64,000 bases of DNA, taken from NCBI GenBank assembly GCA_951406725.2, contig OX597820.1, forward strand, positions 47,430,001 to 47,494,000. The letters are read 5' to 3'. Positions 39,382 to 52,945 of this stretch are shown here, piece after piece. Source of the DNA: Octopus vulgaris. Its lineage: Eukaryota. The notes beneath the pieces were generated by a model. That model was not told the DNA's origin, searched no databases, and saw nothing but the letters and a program-made list of their open reading frames with translations. A program made the position numbers and the translations under genes. Each line of letters begins with the position of its first letter. Within the stretch, counting starts at the first letter, position 1.

Positions 39382-39949
39382 ACGTAGGAATACATATTAA
39401 CCGCATATATATTATCCGTCCATTCTTTATAAAACAGAATGGTGTACGAGGGGGATTTGGTTGCAATTTCTAGCCAATCATACCACCTAGTAGAGACTCC
39501 CAAACACCGCAATACTGTAGCAGTAGAAGTTGTAGTAGATATTTTTAACAACGACCACCTGTTCAACTACCCATTGCTACTCTTTCCCCTCTCTGTAAAA
39601 CACTTCCTAAATTCTTCAAACTGACATCCGACATGTTTTTACAATTGTTATTTTTTGTACTTCTAAAAATTTTATTTTATTTTATGTAGTCATTTAGCAA
39701 AAATAATAAAAAAGCCTATTTTATCAACTCCTCCTTCACCTCCTCCTTCTTTAAATGCTGTTTAAAATGTTTGTTATTATGTGCAATGCTTTTCTATGTT
39801 TCTTTTTGTTAAAAACTGGTTTCTTTATTTCTTTATTTCTTTATTTCTTTATTTCTTTATTTCTTTATTTCTTTATTCCCTTTTTTTTATAACTGTATCC
39901 ATGTCTTTTTTTAATCTTTTTTACATTAGAGCAGTTTTAGACAACCTTG

Positions 39950-40069
39950 CCACACCACCACCATCACCACCACCACCTCCACCACCACCATCGGCCACCA
40001 CCACCACCACCACCGTCCACAGCCATCACCACTAACAACAACAATAATAACAGCAATGACAGCAATGGC

Positions 40070-40109
<40 letters not shown>

Positions 40110-40345
40110 GCAGCATCGACAATGACAACAATAACAAGACCAATATTAACAACGTGAACATCATCAACAGAAAAACACTTAGAACAATGACGAGGACAAC
40201 AACAACAGCATGAACGACAATAACAACAACAATAACAATTATAGTTTTTAACAGTTACTGTTATATATATTAAAAAAATGATATATAAAAATAACCCAAT
40301 TATGACGGCGACTGGAAACAAGATGAGTACGACGACAACGGTCGC

Positions 40346-40388
<43 letters not shown>

Positions 40389-40550
40389 GTGGTGATGGTT
40401 ATGATGATGATGATGACGATGATGATGATGATGATGATCATGATGGTGGTGGTGGTAGTGACGGTGGCAGCGGAGACTGTGATATGTTGCTTCTTCAGAT
40501 ACTGTTGTTGTTGCTGCTGCTACTGATAATGATGATGATTATGATGATGA

Positions 40551-40582
<32 letters not shown>

Positions 40583-40588
40583 ATGGTT

Positions 40589-40636
<48 letters not shown>

Positions 40637-41050
40637 ATGGTGGTGATAGTGGCGGCGGCGGTGGTTGATGAGGATTATGAGGATGATGAGGATGACGACT
40701 AAGATGAGGATGATAGCGGTCACGGTGTTAATAATGATGATGCTGATGTTGGACGCAATGGTGGTAGTAGTGGTGGTGATAATGATAATGATGGTGATGA
40801 TGATGATGATGATGCTTTTGTTATTGTGAGTGGCGGTGTTGGTGGTGGTGGTGGTGCTAGTGTTGTAGATGTTTCTTTTTTTTACATTATTGTCTTTTAT
40901 TGCTGTCACTGTTTTTGTTACGTGCTGTCATCCTCCACATCCTCCTCCTCATCATCATTATCATCAGCGTAATCGTTATCGTCATCTTCCTCCTCCTCCT
41001 CCTCCTCCTCATCATCATCATCAACAATAACAACCACAGCAACAACAACA
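39950..41050. repeat. Trinucleotide fields (CAC, AAC, GAT, GGT, CCT)
   Basis: Direct reading. Confidence 0.9.
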
Positions 41051-42216
41051 TCAGCACTGCGAAATATGTCGAAGCATAGTTGATGGAATGTGACAAATGT
41101 ATTGTCTTCTAAACCGTTAAAGGAAACAACGTCCACAGCGAAGACACACATCTAAATGGGCGCCATGTTTATTTAATGATGTGTAGCTTTATTCGTCAGA
41201 ATAGAACAAAGGAGATAGAAAAAAAGAAAGAGAAGGAGCAAAGGAGAGAGAGAGAGAGAGAAAGAAAGAAAGAGACAGAGAGAGAACGAGAGAGAATGAG
41301 AGTAATATTCCGTCTCAATTTGCCTTTGGTTTGCAGTGGCAAAGAGAGTTTGAGGCTATTTCAATTCATTTCATTAACTGTTCTTATTGTATAAAATGCT
41401 TAAAACGCAAAGCAAGAAACAAAGAAACAAAAAAGACAACAGCAAACAAAAAGTCTCTGATGAACAGCTTCCGTCTGAAACGCAAGACCCTACTCCATCT
41501 CAAAAACGTACAAACACACATAATCACACATACACACACAGGCATATGCATACACAAATAACTCTCTTGGTTTTGTTTCCAATTTGTACTAACCTTGAGG
41601 GTGAGGAACTTGTTCTCAGATCTGGTGACCTCGTCCAGTTTTAGTAGAAGTGTGTGAGAATAGAGCCGAGTTTAACACTTGGAACGATATTCTGTAACGT
41701 GAAGAAGAATCTGTACTGTTGAAGTTAATACAACCAACATCTGTCACGAGCTTGTCTTAACATAGTTAATAAAAACTGGTTTCGTCTGATTGTGATCCAT
41801 AACTTATTGAGATAACTAGGGAACGGCGAGGAAGCACATGGCTCTTTGAAAAATCATTGTCACCGTACAAAACAATGGTGCCAGCGTCCTTTTTAGGCTC
41901 AACTAATATGTTTTTCAAGCGCACGTCCCTATTTTCTTTTTTCTTACTAATATATAATCAGAGTGGATTCTTTGCGTTATTCGTTCTGGCCCTGTGTCTT
42001 CTGAGCTCAAATCGCGCTGCAGCCTGCTTAGGCGCTAGACTTAATCCGTCACTCAGTTTAACACTATCACCTGAGAACTTGGGTGCTTTTAGCAAAGTCC
42101 ACCGAATTGCAAGGATTCGGGCTAGATCTTCGGTTTGAGGACACCTTTCTGTCTCCCTCGCATTAGTAAAAAGTGAAGGGAACTTTCTTGCTGAACAACC
42201 TGCACAAATAATTTGT

Positions 42217-43067
42217 CGGAATTTTGTGGTTTTCGTCACTGTTTACAATTTTATTCCAATTGTTTTCAAGTTTGGTATATGGATTAGGTTTTGTATACTA
42301 ATTATGAAAATGAAATTAATTTTTCCTATAAATTCATTATTAAAAAGTTATTAGCCTTTAAAATTTACAAAATTTGGGTATTTTAGTCAATCAGAAGCGA
42401 GTATGTTACACATCACCATGGCGAAGAACTCTGTTTCCATAGTAACCAAAGATGCTGCGCATACGCACAAGGAGTGTAGGAAACAAACGCCGGGTTCCAT
42501 AGCTGATTGCGAAGAACTCTGTTTTCATAGTAACCAAAGATGCTGCGCATACGCACAAGGAGTGTAGGAAACAAACGCCGGTGTGGAACACATAGTTCCA
42601 TGGTTGATTCTAATCTTTGTGAATTTATGTGGAGAAGGAGATACGAGAAAGACAATTTATTTTATAAAATCCTAGAGTGTATTGCAAACTTTCGTTCTTG
42701 AATTTTTTAAACTAATAAATGTCTGCTTTAAACAATGTTTTGACTGTTATTTCTAGTAACTCGTGTTGGATTGTTCGTAGCTTTTAATTATTTAATTTAC
42801 TCGCATATGTTTTCATGTTTTTCACTCTTTACTGTAACATGCCGATGCCACCTGCCCCTGATGATGGAAGAGGCAGCGAACGCGCTGTTTTCTGATTGGC
42901 TGAAAATTCTGAAAATTATTCAATTTTGAACACATGTAAAACTTTTGAAAAATTTTTCTGTAATAAAAAACAAATTTGGATTCAGCGCCAGAAATTACAT
43001 CTATATGATACATTAAAGAATTCTTTTAAAGATAATAGTAAGCAGTGACGAAAACCACAAAGATCCA
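42217..43067. mobile_element. Non-autonomous DNA transposon with internal ~88-bp tandem duplication
   Basis: TIR tttgtggttttcgtcactgtttac / gtaagcagtgacgaaaaccacaaa; duplicated block at 42421-42492 and 42509-42580. Confidence 0.75.
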
Positions 43068-43164
43068 ATTTGTATATAGTGATCAAATGTATGTGCTGTA
43101 TTAAGTCACATGCTCCATCTAATCGAAAAGGTGCACAGAGTACCACATGTCAGGTGTTGAAGTG

Positions 43165-43280
43165 ATGGTAGAGCAACGTGAGATGAAGTGTTTTGCTCAA
43201 GAACACAATGTACTACCCAGACCAGGAATTGAAAACCCGATCTCACATGCAACGCCTAAACCACTAAGCTATGCACCGTC
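43165..43280 (-). mobile_element. Degenerate tRNA-SINE head
   Basis: Homologous to 2672-2790. Confidence 0.55.
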
Positions 43281-44122
43281 GCACCAACAGCATATAATAC
43301 ATACAGGAATAATCCAAATAACATAAAGCATTACCGTATTTGATGGTAAAATGTCTCAGAATGTCTCAAAAAAAAAAAACTCTCTAGTGATTTATGCGAA
43401 GTTACTTTAAATATTACATGATTCCACCTCCTACTCCAAATATGTGATGATGAAATTGTGGTGCGTCTTTTATGCCCGCATGTCTTCTGCTCCACCCAAT
43501 GCAGTATTTTATTTAGACTTAGCTAAAATTATATTTAAAGAAAGAATGTTTCATTATCCTTCATATTTCATTAAGCACTCACTATTACCGAGTTCTTTAA
43601 AAGTTAATATAATTTAAGTCACAAGCTGAAAGACGAAAATAAATTTAACACATGAATAATCGGCTTACATCATATTCTATTTCCTTGTTAGGAATTATCG
43701 TTGGGTTTAATAAAATTATATTTCATTGTTACACACATACACAGCCATAAATATACATAACCTGTGACAAATATATGCGTACATCGCGCGCAATTTTGTC
43801 TGTTTTCACGCATCTTTGTTAACAGCAAACCACTCTTTCCTTTCTTCTCGAATCTGTATAAAATCACTAGTTTGTTATATAATGCAATTATTGACCATTA
43901 TCAGGACTACATTGCTAAGATTCTCTTAGCTACTAGCTAGAGGCGCTATATATATGTGTGTGTGTAAGTAATGTGCGGGACATCTTTTCGTCAAAATGCT
44001 ACCGAGAAAAAGGGGAATACAAACCAATGTTGGAACTTTTATGTGCTCATCGGCCTGCAAGACATAGCAGCCAAATTATTCACAAATTGCATTAAATTGA
44101 ATTCAATAAGGAAGAAAAATAA

Positions 44123-44510
44123 TGGTTTCAAATTTTGCCACAAGGGTAGCAATTTTTTTTTGGTAGGGATGAGTCGATTACATCGACCCTGTGTTCAACA
44201 GGTACTTATTTCATCGACCCTCGAAAGGATGAAAAGTAAAGTTGACCTCGGCGGAAATTGAACTCAGAACGTTGCGACGGGCGAAATAGCTATTTCTTTA
44301 CTACCCACAAGGGGCTAAACACAGAGAGGACAAACAAGGACAGACAAACGGATTAAGTCGATTATATCGACCCCAGTGCATAATTGGTACTTATTTAATC
44401 GACCCCGAAAGGATGAAAGGCAAAGTCGACCTCAGTGGAATTTGAACTCAGACGAAATACCGCACGCATTTCGCCCGGCGTGCTAACGTTTCTGCCAGCT
44501 CGCCGCCTTA
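44123..44510 (-). mobile_element. SINE family M dimer
   Basis: Same junction position at 44289/44290. Confidence 0.85.
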
Positions 44511-45761
44511 GGGAGGAAAAAAAAATAATATTAGATAATGAACTCCTAAAACGGTTGAATGGTCACAACTAGAATGTCTTTGTTCATAGATGATAGATTA
44601 TAGATAACGCACGATCAGGGTTGACCTGGGGTCAAACAATAACACCAACAACATCCACCAAAAATGCAAATCTTTCTCTGTTTCTATGTCCCTGTCTTGA
44701 CAAACTCTTCTATACGTATACCGCGATACGTAACTCTCTCAGTTCATCCGCTTCTCCACCCATGTCTCTCTCTCTCTCAAATGGTTCTCTGTCACTGCCT
44801 CTGTGTGTCTGTCTATTTGTCAGTCCATCTTTCTGTTTCCCTCTTTCTCTCACTCGCTCTCTTACTACTACTACTACTCCTCTCTCTATCACTTTGGTCT
44901 TCTTAAATATGTAGTCCTTTCTTCCAATAAATATGGCTCTTTTTTGTCTTCGTGGCTAATATACTTATTATTGTCCATTATGGATTCTATTTTTCTATCA
45001 TATGCAGACGATCGTTTAGAAATCTTGTTCACATCAGTATATAATGTGGTGTTTAATGTTCGCATTTAAATAATTAAGTTCTAAGAGAGTATTTGCAGAT
45101 TTCAAGATATATATATATATATATATATATAAATGTATGTATGCATATTATATATATATATATGTGTGTGTGTGTATATATGTGTATATGTATATATGTA
45201 GATATACACGAGTATGCGCGCGCGCGTGTGTGTGTGTGAAAGAAACAAACACATATACCAACATATATGCACATATATACTTACCAGCATACATACACCC
45301 ATCAAATATATATTTATATAGATCACTTTTTCACAAATATTTTCTGGTGATTAAACACGCAAGTCATTGGAAAGAGAGAAAGTATTATTTATGCTGTTAT
45401 GCATATATATATATATATATGTATATATATCTATAAAGATAGATAGATAGATATAGATACATTTGTGTATATATATATGTATGTATATATACACACATAT
45501 GTATATGTACGTATATATGTAGACTTATGCATAGATATACTTATATAGTTATACATATGTTTGTGCATACATGCATACATACAAGCATGCATGCATATAT
45601 ATATATATATATACGCATATGTACGTAAATATATGCTTAGACACACATATACATACGAGCGTTGTAACGAAAGTTATACAAAAGTGGCAATTGCTTTTAT
45701 ATTAACTGACACAGACTGTCGTTCAAATTGCATATTTGTTAGAGTAACTCTAACTCTAAAG

Positions 45762-46056
45762 CAGTGGTTCCCAAGCCTTTTCGGGCTACCACCCCCTTGA
45801 CACCCAGGCCACATTCCTAGCGCCCCACCCGAACTAACCATCACAAACATAGACTTCTTCTGAAGCATATTCAAAGCAACTGTATTTCACAAATAAAATC
45901 CCATTATTTTGTTGTTTTTTCATGAATATCTACCCCATTACCGCCCCGCTTTTTACATGAATCGCTACCCCTTTATCACCTCACTTTTCTTTAATGCCGT
46001 CTTGGAACTTTCCACTGCCCGCAGAGGGGCAACACCGCCCACTTTGGTAACCACTG
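45762..46056. mobile_element. hAT (Charlie-like) MITE
   Basis: TIR cagtggttcccaa / ttggtaaccactg; left flank ctctaaag fits the NTCTARAN target; TSD imperfect. Confidence 0.75.
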
Positions 46057-46139
46057 ATCTCTAGTAACATTAATTTCTGTTCTTCGTTGCAGGAAAATAA
46101 TGGGTGCTAAACACTGAGTTCTTGACGAAAGAAGAGTGT

Positions 46140-46520
46140 GGGCTGTTTACTAAGACAGCACTATTAACAAGAGCGATGTACATAGATGGGTGAAATTTAA
46201 TGAAGGTGAAGCTAGTATTGAAAACAAACTGCGCAGTGGGAAAACGCCAACTGCAACCACTGACATGAATCAGTAACTAGTGGATAAACTGATTCCTCAA
46301 GACACACGATTCCATATTCATGGATTTGCTGCACAGTAGAACTGTGGTCACAATGCCTTGCGGAAGGCTTTGGGTATAGAAAATTGTTGTGCTAAGTGGG
46401 AACTATGGCAACTGAAATCCGATTTAGATGAGAGAATGATGGAAGCCTGGTGTGATCTGCTGTAAACTTTTAAAACCAAAGAAGCTTTTAAAGTCAATTC
46501 TTTTTTGAAACGATGGATCT
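46140..46520 (+). pseudogene. Decayed mariner transposase N-terminal HTH region
   Basis: VY*DSTINKSDVHRWVKFNEGEASIENKLRSG..TATTDMNQ*LVDKLI..D.R...LG...CAKW. Confidence 0.65.
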
Positions 46521-46545
46521 CGAAGCAGATAATGGTACAAATAAT

Positions 46546-46762
46546 GGTTTCAAATTTTGGCACAAGGCCAGCAGTTTCGGGGGAATGGGGTGAGTCGATT
46601 ACAGCGAACCCCAGTGCTCAACTGGTATTTAATTAACTGACCTCGAAAGGATGAAAGGCAAAGTCAACCTCGGCGGAATTTGAACTCAGAACGTAAAGAC
46701 GAACGAAATGTCGCTAAGCATTTTGCACGGATTGCTAACGATTCTGAAAGCTCGCCGCCTTG
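46546..46762 (-). mobile_element. SINE family M
   Basis: Full-length reverse copy. Confidence 0.85.
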
Positions 46763-46896
46763 GATAAATTTATAAATAATAGCGTGCGCGCATGTTTATA
46801 TGTAATGTGTGTGTGTGTGTGTGCGTATCTGTGTGCAACGTTTGACTTTTCCTATCCAAAGTATTTTTAAACCCAATGTTTACATATAGTTTCGCC

Positions 46897-47346
46897 TTAA
46901 AGCGGCGAGCTGGCAGAATCGTTAGCACGCCTGGCGAAATGCATAACGGCATTTCGTCCGTCTTTACGTTCTGAGTTCAAATTCCGTCGAGCTCGACTTT
47001 GTCTTTCGTCCTTCAGGAGTGAAACTCTGAGGTCGATGTAATTGACTTGTCCCCTATCACCAAATTTCAGCCCTTGTGCTTTTAGTAGAAAGGACTATTC
47101 ATAGTTTCGTCTTAAAGCGGCGAGCAGGCAGAATCGTTAGCACGTCAGGTGAAATATTTAGACGCATTTCGTCCGTCTTTAGAGGCATTTCGTACGTTCT
47201 GAGTTCAAATTCCGTCGAGGTCGGCTTTGCCTTTCATCGTTTCGGGCTCGATAAAATAAGTGCCAGTTAAGTACTGGGGTCGATGTAATCGACTTCCCTC
47301 TCCCCCGAAATTGCTGGCCTTATGCCAAAATTTGAAATCATTATTT
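46897..47346 (+). mobile_element. Two tandem SINE family M copies
   Basis: Heads at 46899 and 47114; atagtttcgYc occurs three times as flank. Confidence 0.85.
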
Positions 47347-47759
47347 ATAGTTTCGTCCACTTCCAGATCCACCATTCCTCAAAAATAATTTATTTTTCGA
47401 TTTAATAATTCGATTTAATAGATTGGGAAAACTAGTATTTACTTTAATAGAAAAACAACAAAAACAGTCATTGTTTAGTGCAGGTGTAAAAAAAACGGTG
47501 ATCAACCATATTTCGTCTATACTCTATATATACAGCTATGAATTCTTTAAATATTCTCATTTTCGTTGTTATCTACAGATCTTTATGGATTTTAATTAGT
47601 CATAGATCTTAATTAGATTTTAATTAATGTCTCACGTGACTGGGCTGACAGCTTAAAGTCCAGAAGCGACGTTAATTAAGTACATATATTTACTTATATA
47701 TGTATATACACATGCACACACATGTATATGCGTGTATATATATATTTCCGTGTGTGTGC

Positions 47760-47812
<53 letters not shown>

Positions 47813-47824
47813 CATATATATATG

Positions 47825-47901
<77 letters not shown>

Positions 47902-47994
47902 CTGTGTGTTAGCACGCGTGTCTAGTGCTGCACTTTGTTTAAATAATGTAATATAAGCGAAAATGAAAATGCAACCAACACCCATCTATATCGC

Positions 47995-48216
47995 CTTCAA
48001 ATTTTGACTTAAGGCCAACAATTTCGGAGGAGGAGATTAGTCGATTAGTGTTCAACTGTCGACTAATGTTCAACTGATATTTAATTAATCGACCCCGAGA
48101 GGGATGAAAGACAAGGCTAACGCCGGCAGAATTGGAACTAAGGACGTAAAGACGGACGGAATGCCGCTGAGCATTTTGCCCCCGAAGTACTAACGATTCT
48201 GCAAGCACACCGCCTT
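47995..48216 (-). mobile_element. SINE family M
   Basis: Diverged full-length reverse copy. Confidence 0.8.
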
Positions 48217-48406
48217 AAAGTTGGAACAAATTTTGCGAAATAAATTGTCCGACGCTGTAACAACCCTTAAGGTGTTTCCAACGCCGTTGTTGTTCTTTTG
48301 CAGAGTATTTCATTTTTGTAGTCTGGTTTACAAAGCTTAATTTTGTTAATGAAGCTTTTGACATTAAGTTTTGTGTGCTGAGCCTGAGACGTAGAGAAGG
48401 GAAATA

Positions 48407-48981
48407 ATCTTTTGTACTCTAGGCACAAAGCCCGAAAATTTGTGGGAGGAAGCCAGTGGATTATATCGACCCTAGTACTTATTTAATCGAGCCCTAAAGG
48501 ATGAAAGGCAAAGTCGACCACGGCTGAATTTGAACTCAGAATGTAAAGACAGACGAAATACCTATTTCTTTACTACCCACAAGGGGCTAAACACAGAGAG
48601 GACAAAGAAGGACAAACAAACGGATTAAGTCGATTACATCGACCTCAGTGCGTAACTGGTACTTAATTTATCGATCCCGAAATGATGAAAAGTAAAGTCG
48701 ACCTCGGCGGAATTTGAACTCAGAACTTAGCGGTAGACGAAATACCTATTTCTTTACTACCCACAAGGGGCTAAACACAGAGAGGACCAAACGAGGACAG
48801 ACAAACGGATTAAGTCGATTATATCGACCCCAGTGCGTAACTGATACTTATTTAATCGACCCCGAAAGGATGAAAGGCAAAGTCGACCTCGGCGGAATTT
48901 GAACTCAGAACGTAGCTACAGACGAAATACTGCTGAGCATTTCGACCGGCGTGCTAACGTTTCTGCCAACTCGTCGTCTTT
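48407..48981 (-). mobile_element. SINE family M trimer with 13-bp TSD
   Basis: Junctions at 48561/48562 and 48745/48746; TSD gagaagggaaata at 48394-48406 and 48982-48994. Confidence 0.88.
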
Positions 48982-49031
48982 GAGAAGGGAAATACTGACT
49001 CTTTCCTGTTTAGTATTATTGATAGCATTGT

Positions 49032-49224
49032 CAAAGCAGCGAGCTGGCAGAATTATTAGCACGCCGAACAAAATGCTTAGTGGTATTAAATCCGTCTTCA
49101 TGTTCTGAGCTTAGATTCCTCGTTTCGGAGTTGATGAAATAAATACCAGATCACTGGGATCGCTGTAATTGATTTACTCCCTCCCTCTCTCCAAATTTCA
49201 AGTCTTGTCCTATAGTAAGAAGGA
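49032..49224 (+). mobile_element. SINE family M with 17-bp TSD
   Basis: TSD attattgatagcattgt at 49015-49031 and 49225-49241. Confidence 0.82.
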
Positions 49225-49355
49225 ATTATTGATAGCATTGTTAATAGTGCAGGAAGGGATGTAGACGATAGTATAGGTGATGGCGTACGTGGTGGTACAG
49301 TTGACTAATGGTGCAGGCCATGGAAGAAGTAGTTGTTCTGGAGAGATGATAATAT

Positions 49356-49718
49356 TTTTACTCTTTTACTTGTTACAGTCATGTGACTGTGGCCATGCTG
49401 GAGCACCGCCTTTAGTTGAGCAAATCGACCCCAGGACTTATTCTTTGTAAGCCTAGTTACGGGGACGTAAACACACCAGCATCGGTTGTCAAGCGATGTT
49501 GGGGGGACAAACACAGACACACAAACATACACACACACACACATATATATACATACATATACGACGGGCTTCTTTCAGTTTCCGTCTACCAAATCCACTT
49601 ACAAGGCTTTGGTCGGCCCGAAGCTATAGTAGTTGGCCATGGTGCCACGCAGGGGGACTGAACCCGGAACCATGTGGTTGGTAAGCAAGCTACTTACTAC
49701 ACAGCCACTCCTACGCCT
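49356..49718 (-). mobile_element. SINE family C
   Basis: Homology to 13125-13545. Confidence 0.88.
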
Positions 49719-50649
49719 AAATGTTCATTGCGTACGTAATAGTGTAAGTCAGGGATGAGCAAACGGCAGCCCGTGGGGGCTCTGAGAATGACTACCTTGA
49801 ATAATTGTGTTTTTGTAGTGTGACCCGCTTGATGATGAGTCATACCTCGTGCGCCCCGCTTCTCGACAAACTATGCGCTTGCCTGATACAGGTGATGGTG
49901 AAAGTGACGATGTATGCGTTGGTGTGGTGTAGTTGCAGGTAGAAGTAGTGGGTGTACGTGTTGATGAAGATAGAGGTGTAGATGGTATGTAAGTGGATGT
50001 ATAGTTGGTAGTAGGAGTGCAGGTGATAGAGTGGCGTAGATGATTTCGCATGTGGTGGTTTAGCGCTGATGTAAATAATGACATTATTGATAGTGTAGGC
50101 GGTATAGGTGTTGTAGGCAGTATTAGGCGATGAAGGCGGTATAGACGGTGTAGGCGGTGGTATGGATGCCCTGGCTGTTAACAGAGTGTTTGAGATGGTG
50201 TAGTGGTGGTCTAGGTAATGATGTGGATGGTGTCGGAGACGGCTTTGTTTTTGGTGACGGTGGTAGCTGAGAGTGTGATATAAGTGTTGATTAAGTGCGA
50301 TTGGAAGTGGTGTAGGTGATGGTGTAGTTCGTAGATTAGGCGGTAGTGCCAGTGGTGATATAGATGATGGTACATACGATGTAGCTGATGGCATAGCTGT
50401 GGTTGTAAGAGGGGGTGTGGTAATGGTATAGTTTATAGTAAAGGGCGGGGTGGGGGCGTATGGTGGTGGTGTAAGTGATGGTATAGTGGTATGGTGGTGA
50501 TACTGGTTGTGTAGGCAGTGATAAGCCTGACTTAACTGCTGATGGTGATGATGGTGATTGAGGTGGTGATGGTGGTGGTAGTCTCATGCTGACGAGTTTT
50601 GTCAACAACAAAATGGTTGGTGGGAGGCTGCTAGAACTGGTGTTAATAG

Positions 50650-51190
50650 CCATGTTGTTGTTGTTGTTGTTGGTGGTGGTGGTGATGGTAATACTGCTAA
50701 TGGTGAAGGTGGTAGTGGTGATGAGGGTGATAGTGATGTTGTTAATGGTGGCGGTGGTGATAGTGATGTTGGTAATAGTGGTAGTGGTAGTGATAGTAAT
50801 GGTGGTGGTGGTGATGTTGTTGCTGTTGGTGGTGTTGGTGATGGTGGTGGTGTTGGTGATGGTAGTGGTGGTGGTGATGGTGGTGATGGTGATGTTGGTA
50901 ATGGCGAAGGTGGTAGTGGAGGTGATAGGGACGTTGGTAATGGTGGCGGTGTTGATAGTGATGTTGGTAATGGTGGTAGTGGTAATGATGACGGTGATAG
51001 TAATGGTGGTGGTGATGATGATGATGGTGATATAGGTAACGGTGGTGGTGGTGATGGTGTTGGTAATGGTGATGGTGGTGGTGGATTTAATGATGATCTT
51101 GGTGCTGCTGACGCTAGCGCTCGTTGTGACGGAGTAATGGTAGTAATGGTGATGGTGGTGGTGGTGGTGGTGGTGGTGGTGATGGTGGAA
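50650..51190. repeat. Degenerate (GGT/GAT)n tract
   Basis: Direct reading. Confidence 0.85.
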
Positions 51191-51505
51191 TAAATATTAT
51201 ACGGTGAAGACAGACAGACAGATGTTACTTGACTGTGTAAATCGGTTTGAGAAACAACCGGAAGTTGTTAACAAACGGCAGATCTCGTTCATTATCAATT
51301 GATATAGAATCTGTAAATCCTCCTCCATTGCTGGAGAAGTAGAGGAAAGGAGGGGGTTGTGTGGGAGACAGACAATGCAAGAGTGTTGGAAGACAGTGTT
51401 AATTGATGAAGAGAATAGGGAGAAAGAGAGGGAGGGAAAAGGAGGTGGTAGCTTCTCGGGGAAAAAAGAGATAAAGTATGGCAGAAATAGTAATAAAGGC
51501 ATTTA

Positions 51506-51506
51506 C

Positions 51507-51595
<89 letters not shown>

Positions 51596-51596
51596 A

Positions 51597-51670
<74 letters not shown>
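51506..51670. repeat. (TCTA)n microsatellite
   Basis: Direct reading. Confidence 0.95.
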
Positions 51671-51674
51671 CTTC

Positions 51675-52142
51675 TTTTAGTCTTTTACTTTGCGGCCATG
51701 ATGGAGCGCCGCCTTAAAGGGTGTTTTAGTCGAAGAAATCGCCCCCAGTACATATTCTTTGTAAGCCTAGAACTTATTCTATCGGTTTCTATTGCCGAAC
51801 CGCTATGCTACGGGGACATAAACACACCAACATAATTCGCATGCGATGGTGGAGGGGACAATCACAGACGCAAAGACACATACACATAAATATATGTACA
51901 CTCACACATATATACACACATGTGTGTATATATCTATCTATATGTATGTATGTATGTATGTATTTATGTATGTATGTATACAACGGGCTTTTTTCAGTTT
52001 CCGTTAATCAACTTCACACACAAGACTTTGGTCGGCTCGAGGCTATAGTAGAAGACACTTGCCCAAGGTATCACACAATGGGACTGAACTCGGAACTATG
52101 TGGTTGGCAAGCAAGCTCCTTACCACATAGCCATGCTCGCGC
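51675..52142 (-). mobile_element. SINE family C
   Basis: Homology to 13125-13545. Confidence 0.85.
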
Positions 52143-52243
52143 CATAATGCGTGCACACACACAGACACACACGCGCCCGCCCGCACACACACATGCACAC
52201 ACACACACACACATATGTGCTTACATACATGCATGCATGCATG

Positions 52244-52274
<31 letters not shown>

Positions 52275-52360
52275 ATAACAAAATGACAACAAAAGAATGA
52301 GACCTCGATATTAGGTAAATAGAGGACTTTATAAATGTATAGTATAGGACAATCAGTAAG

Positions 52361-52434
52361 TTGTCATAATAGGACTCAGAGTTTCAAATGCCGGAGATAA
52401 GAGCTACGATGCATTTTCGTCGGCTATTTTGACA
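52361..52434 (-). ncRNA. Type I hammerhead motif (CCGACGA core)
   Basis: UGUCAAAAUAG-CCGACGA-AAAUGC..GCAUUU-GAAA-CUCUGAG-UC-CUAUUAUGACA. Confidence 0.7.
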
Positions 52435-52766
52435 GCAGACGCTATGAAAAACCGTTGAATAAAAGGAATGTTACTCTAATGGACAAGAAAAATTATAAAA
52501 GATAAAAAATAAAATATAAAAATTATAAAAATACATGCAACCATATTCTCACAATACATATAAAACCTTCTGCATACGTAAAGTCTACATACATACACAC
52601 TCACACAAGGGTGTATATATATATATATATATATATGCGCCCATACACACACAAAACATATAGGTGCATTTACCTGCCCATATACACATCTCTATACGCA
52701 CACACGCATATACATATACATGTTATATTAACTCCCCTGTTATTCAACGGTTTTTCATAGCGTCTC

Positions 52767-52841
52767 TTGTCAAAATAGCCGACGAAAATGTATCGTATCT
52801 CTTAGATCTGGCATTTGAAACTCTGAGTCCTATTATGACAA
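52767..52841 (+). ncRNA. Type I hammerhead motif (CCGACGA core)
   Basis: Stem I uugucaaaauag/cuauuaugacaa (11 of 12 bp), stem II aaaugu/gcauuu, GAAA-CUCUGAG-UC. Confidence 0.7.
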
Positions 52842-52945
52842 CTCACTGATTGTCCTATACTATATATATATTTATATAAATAAGAGACCAAAGTGTACGT
52901 TCGCCGCTATGTTTTTATATATATAAAATACAAAAATGCGACAAA

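Noticed and set aside
41570-41900. Possible CR1-like 3' remnant or host exon
   Set aside because: Only a faint resemblance (FLTLKVSTNW); not supportable without a search.
48407-48981. CRISPR-like regularly spaced repeats
   Set aside because: Units are homologous SINE bodies with no unique spacers; eukaryotic context.
49750-49900. hAT-like TIR cagggatgagcaaac
   Set aside because: No clear partner TIR or TSD.
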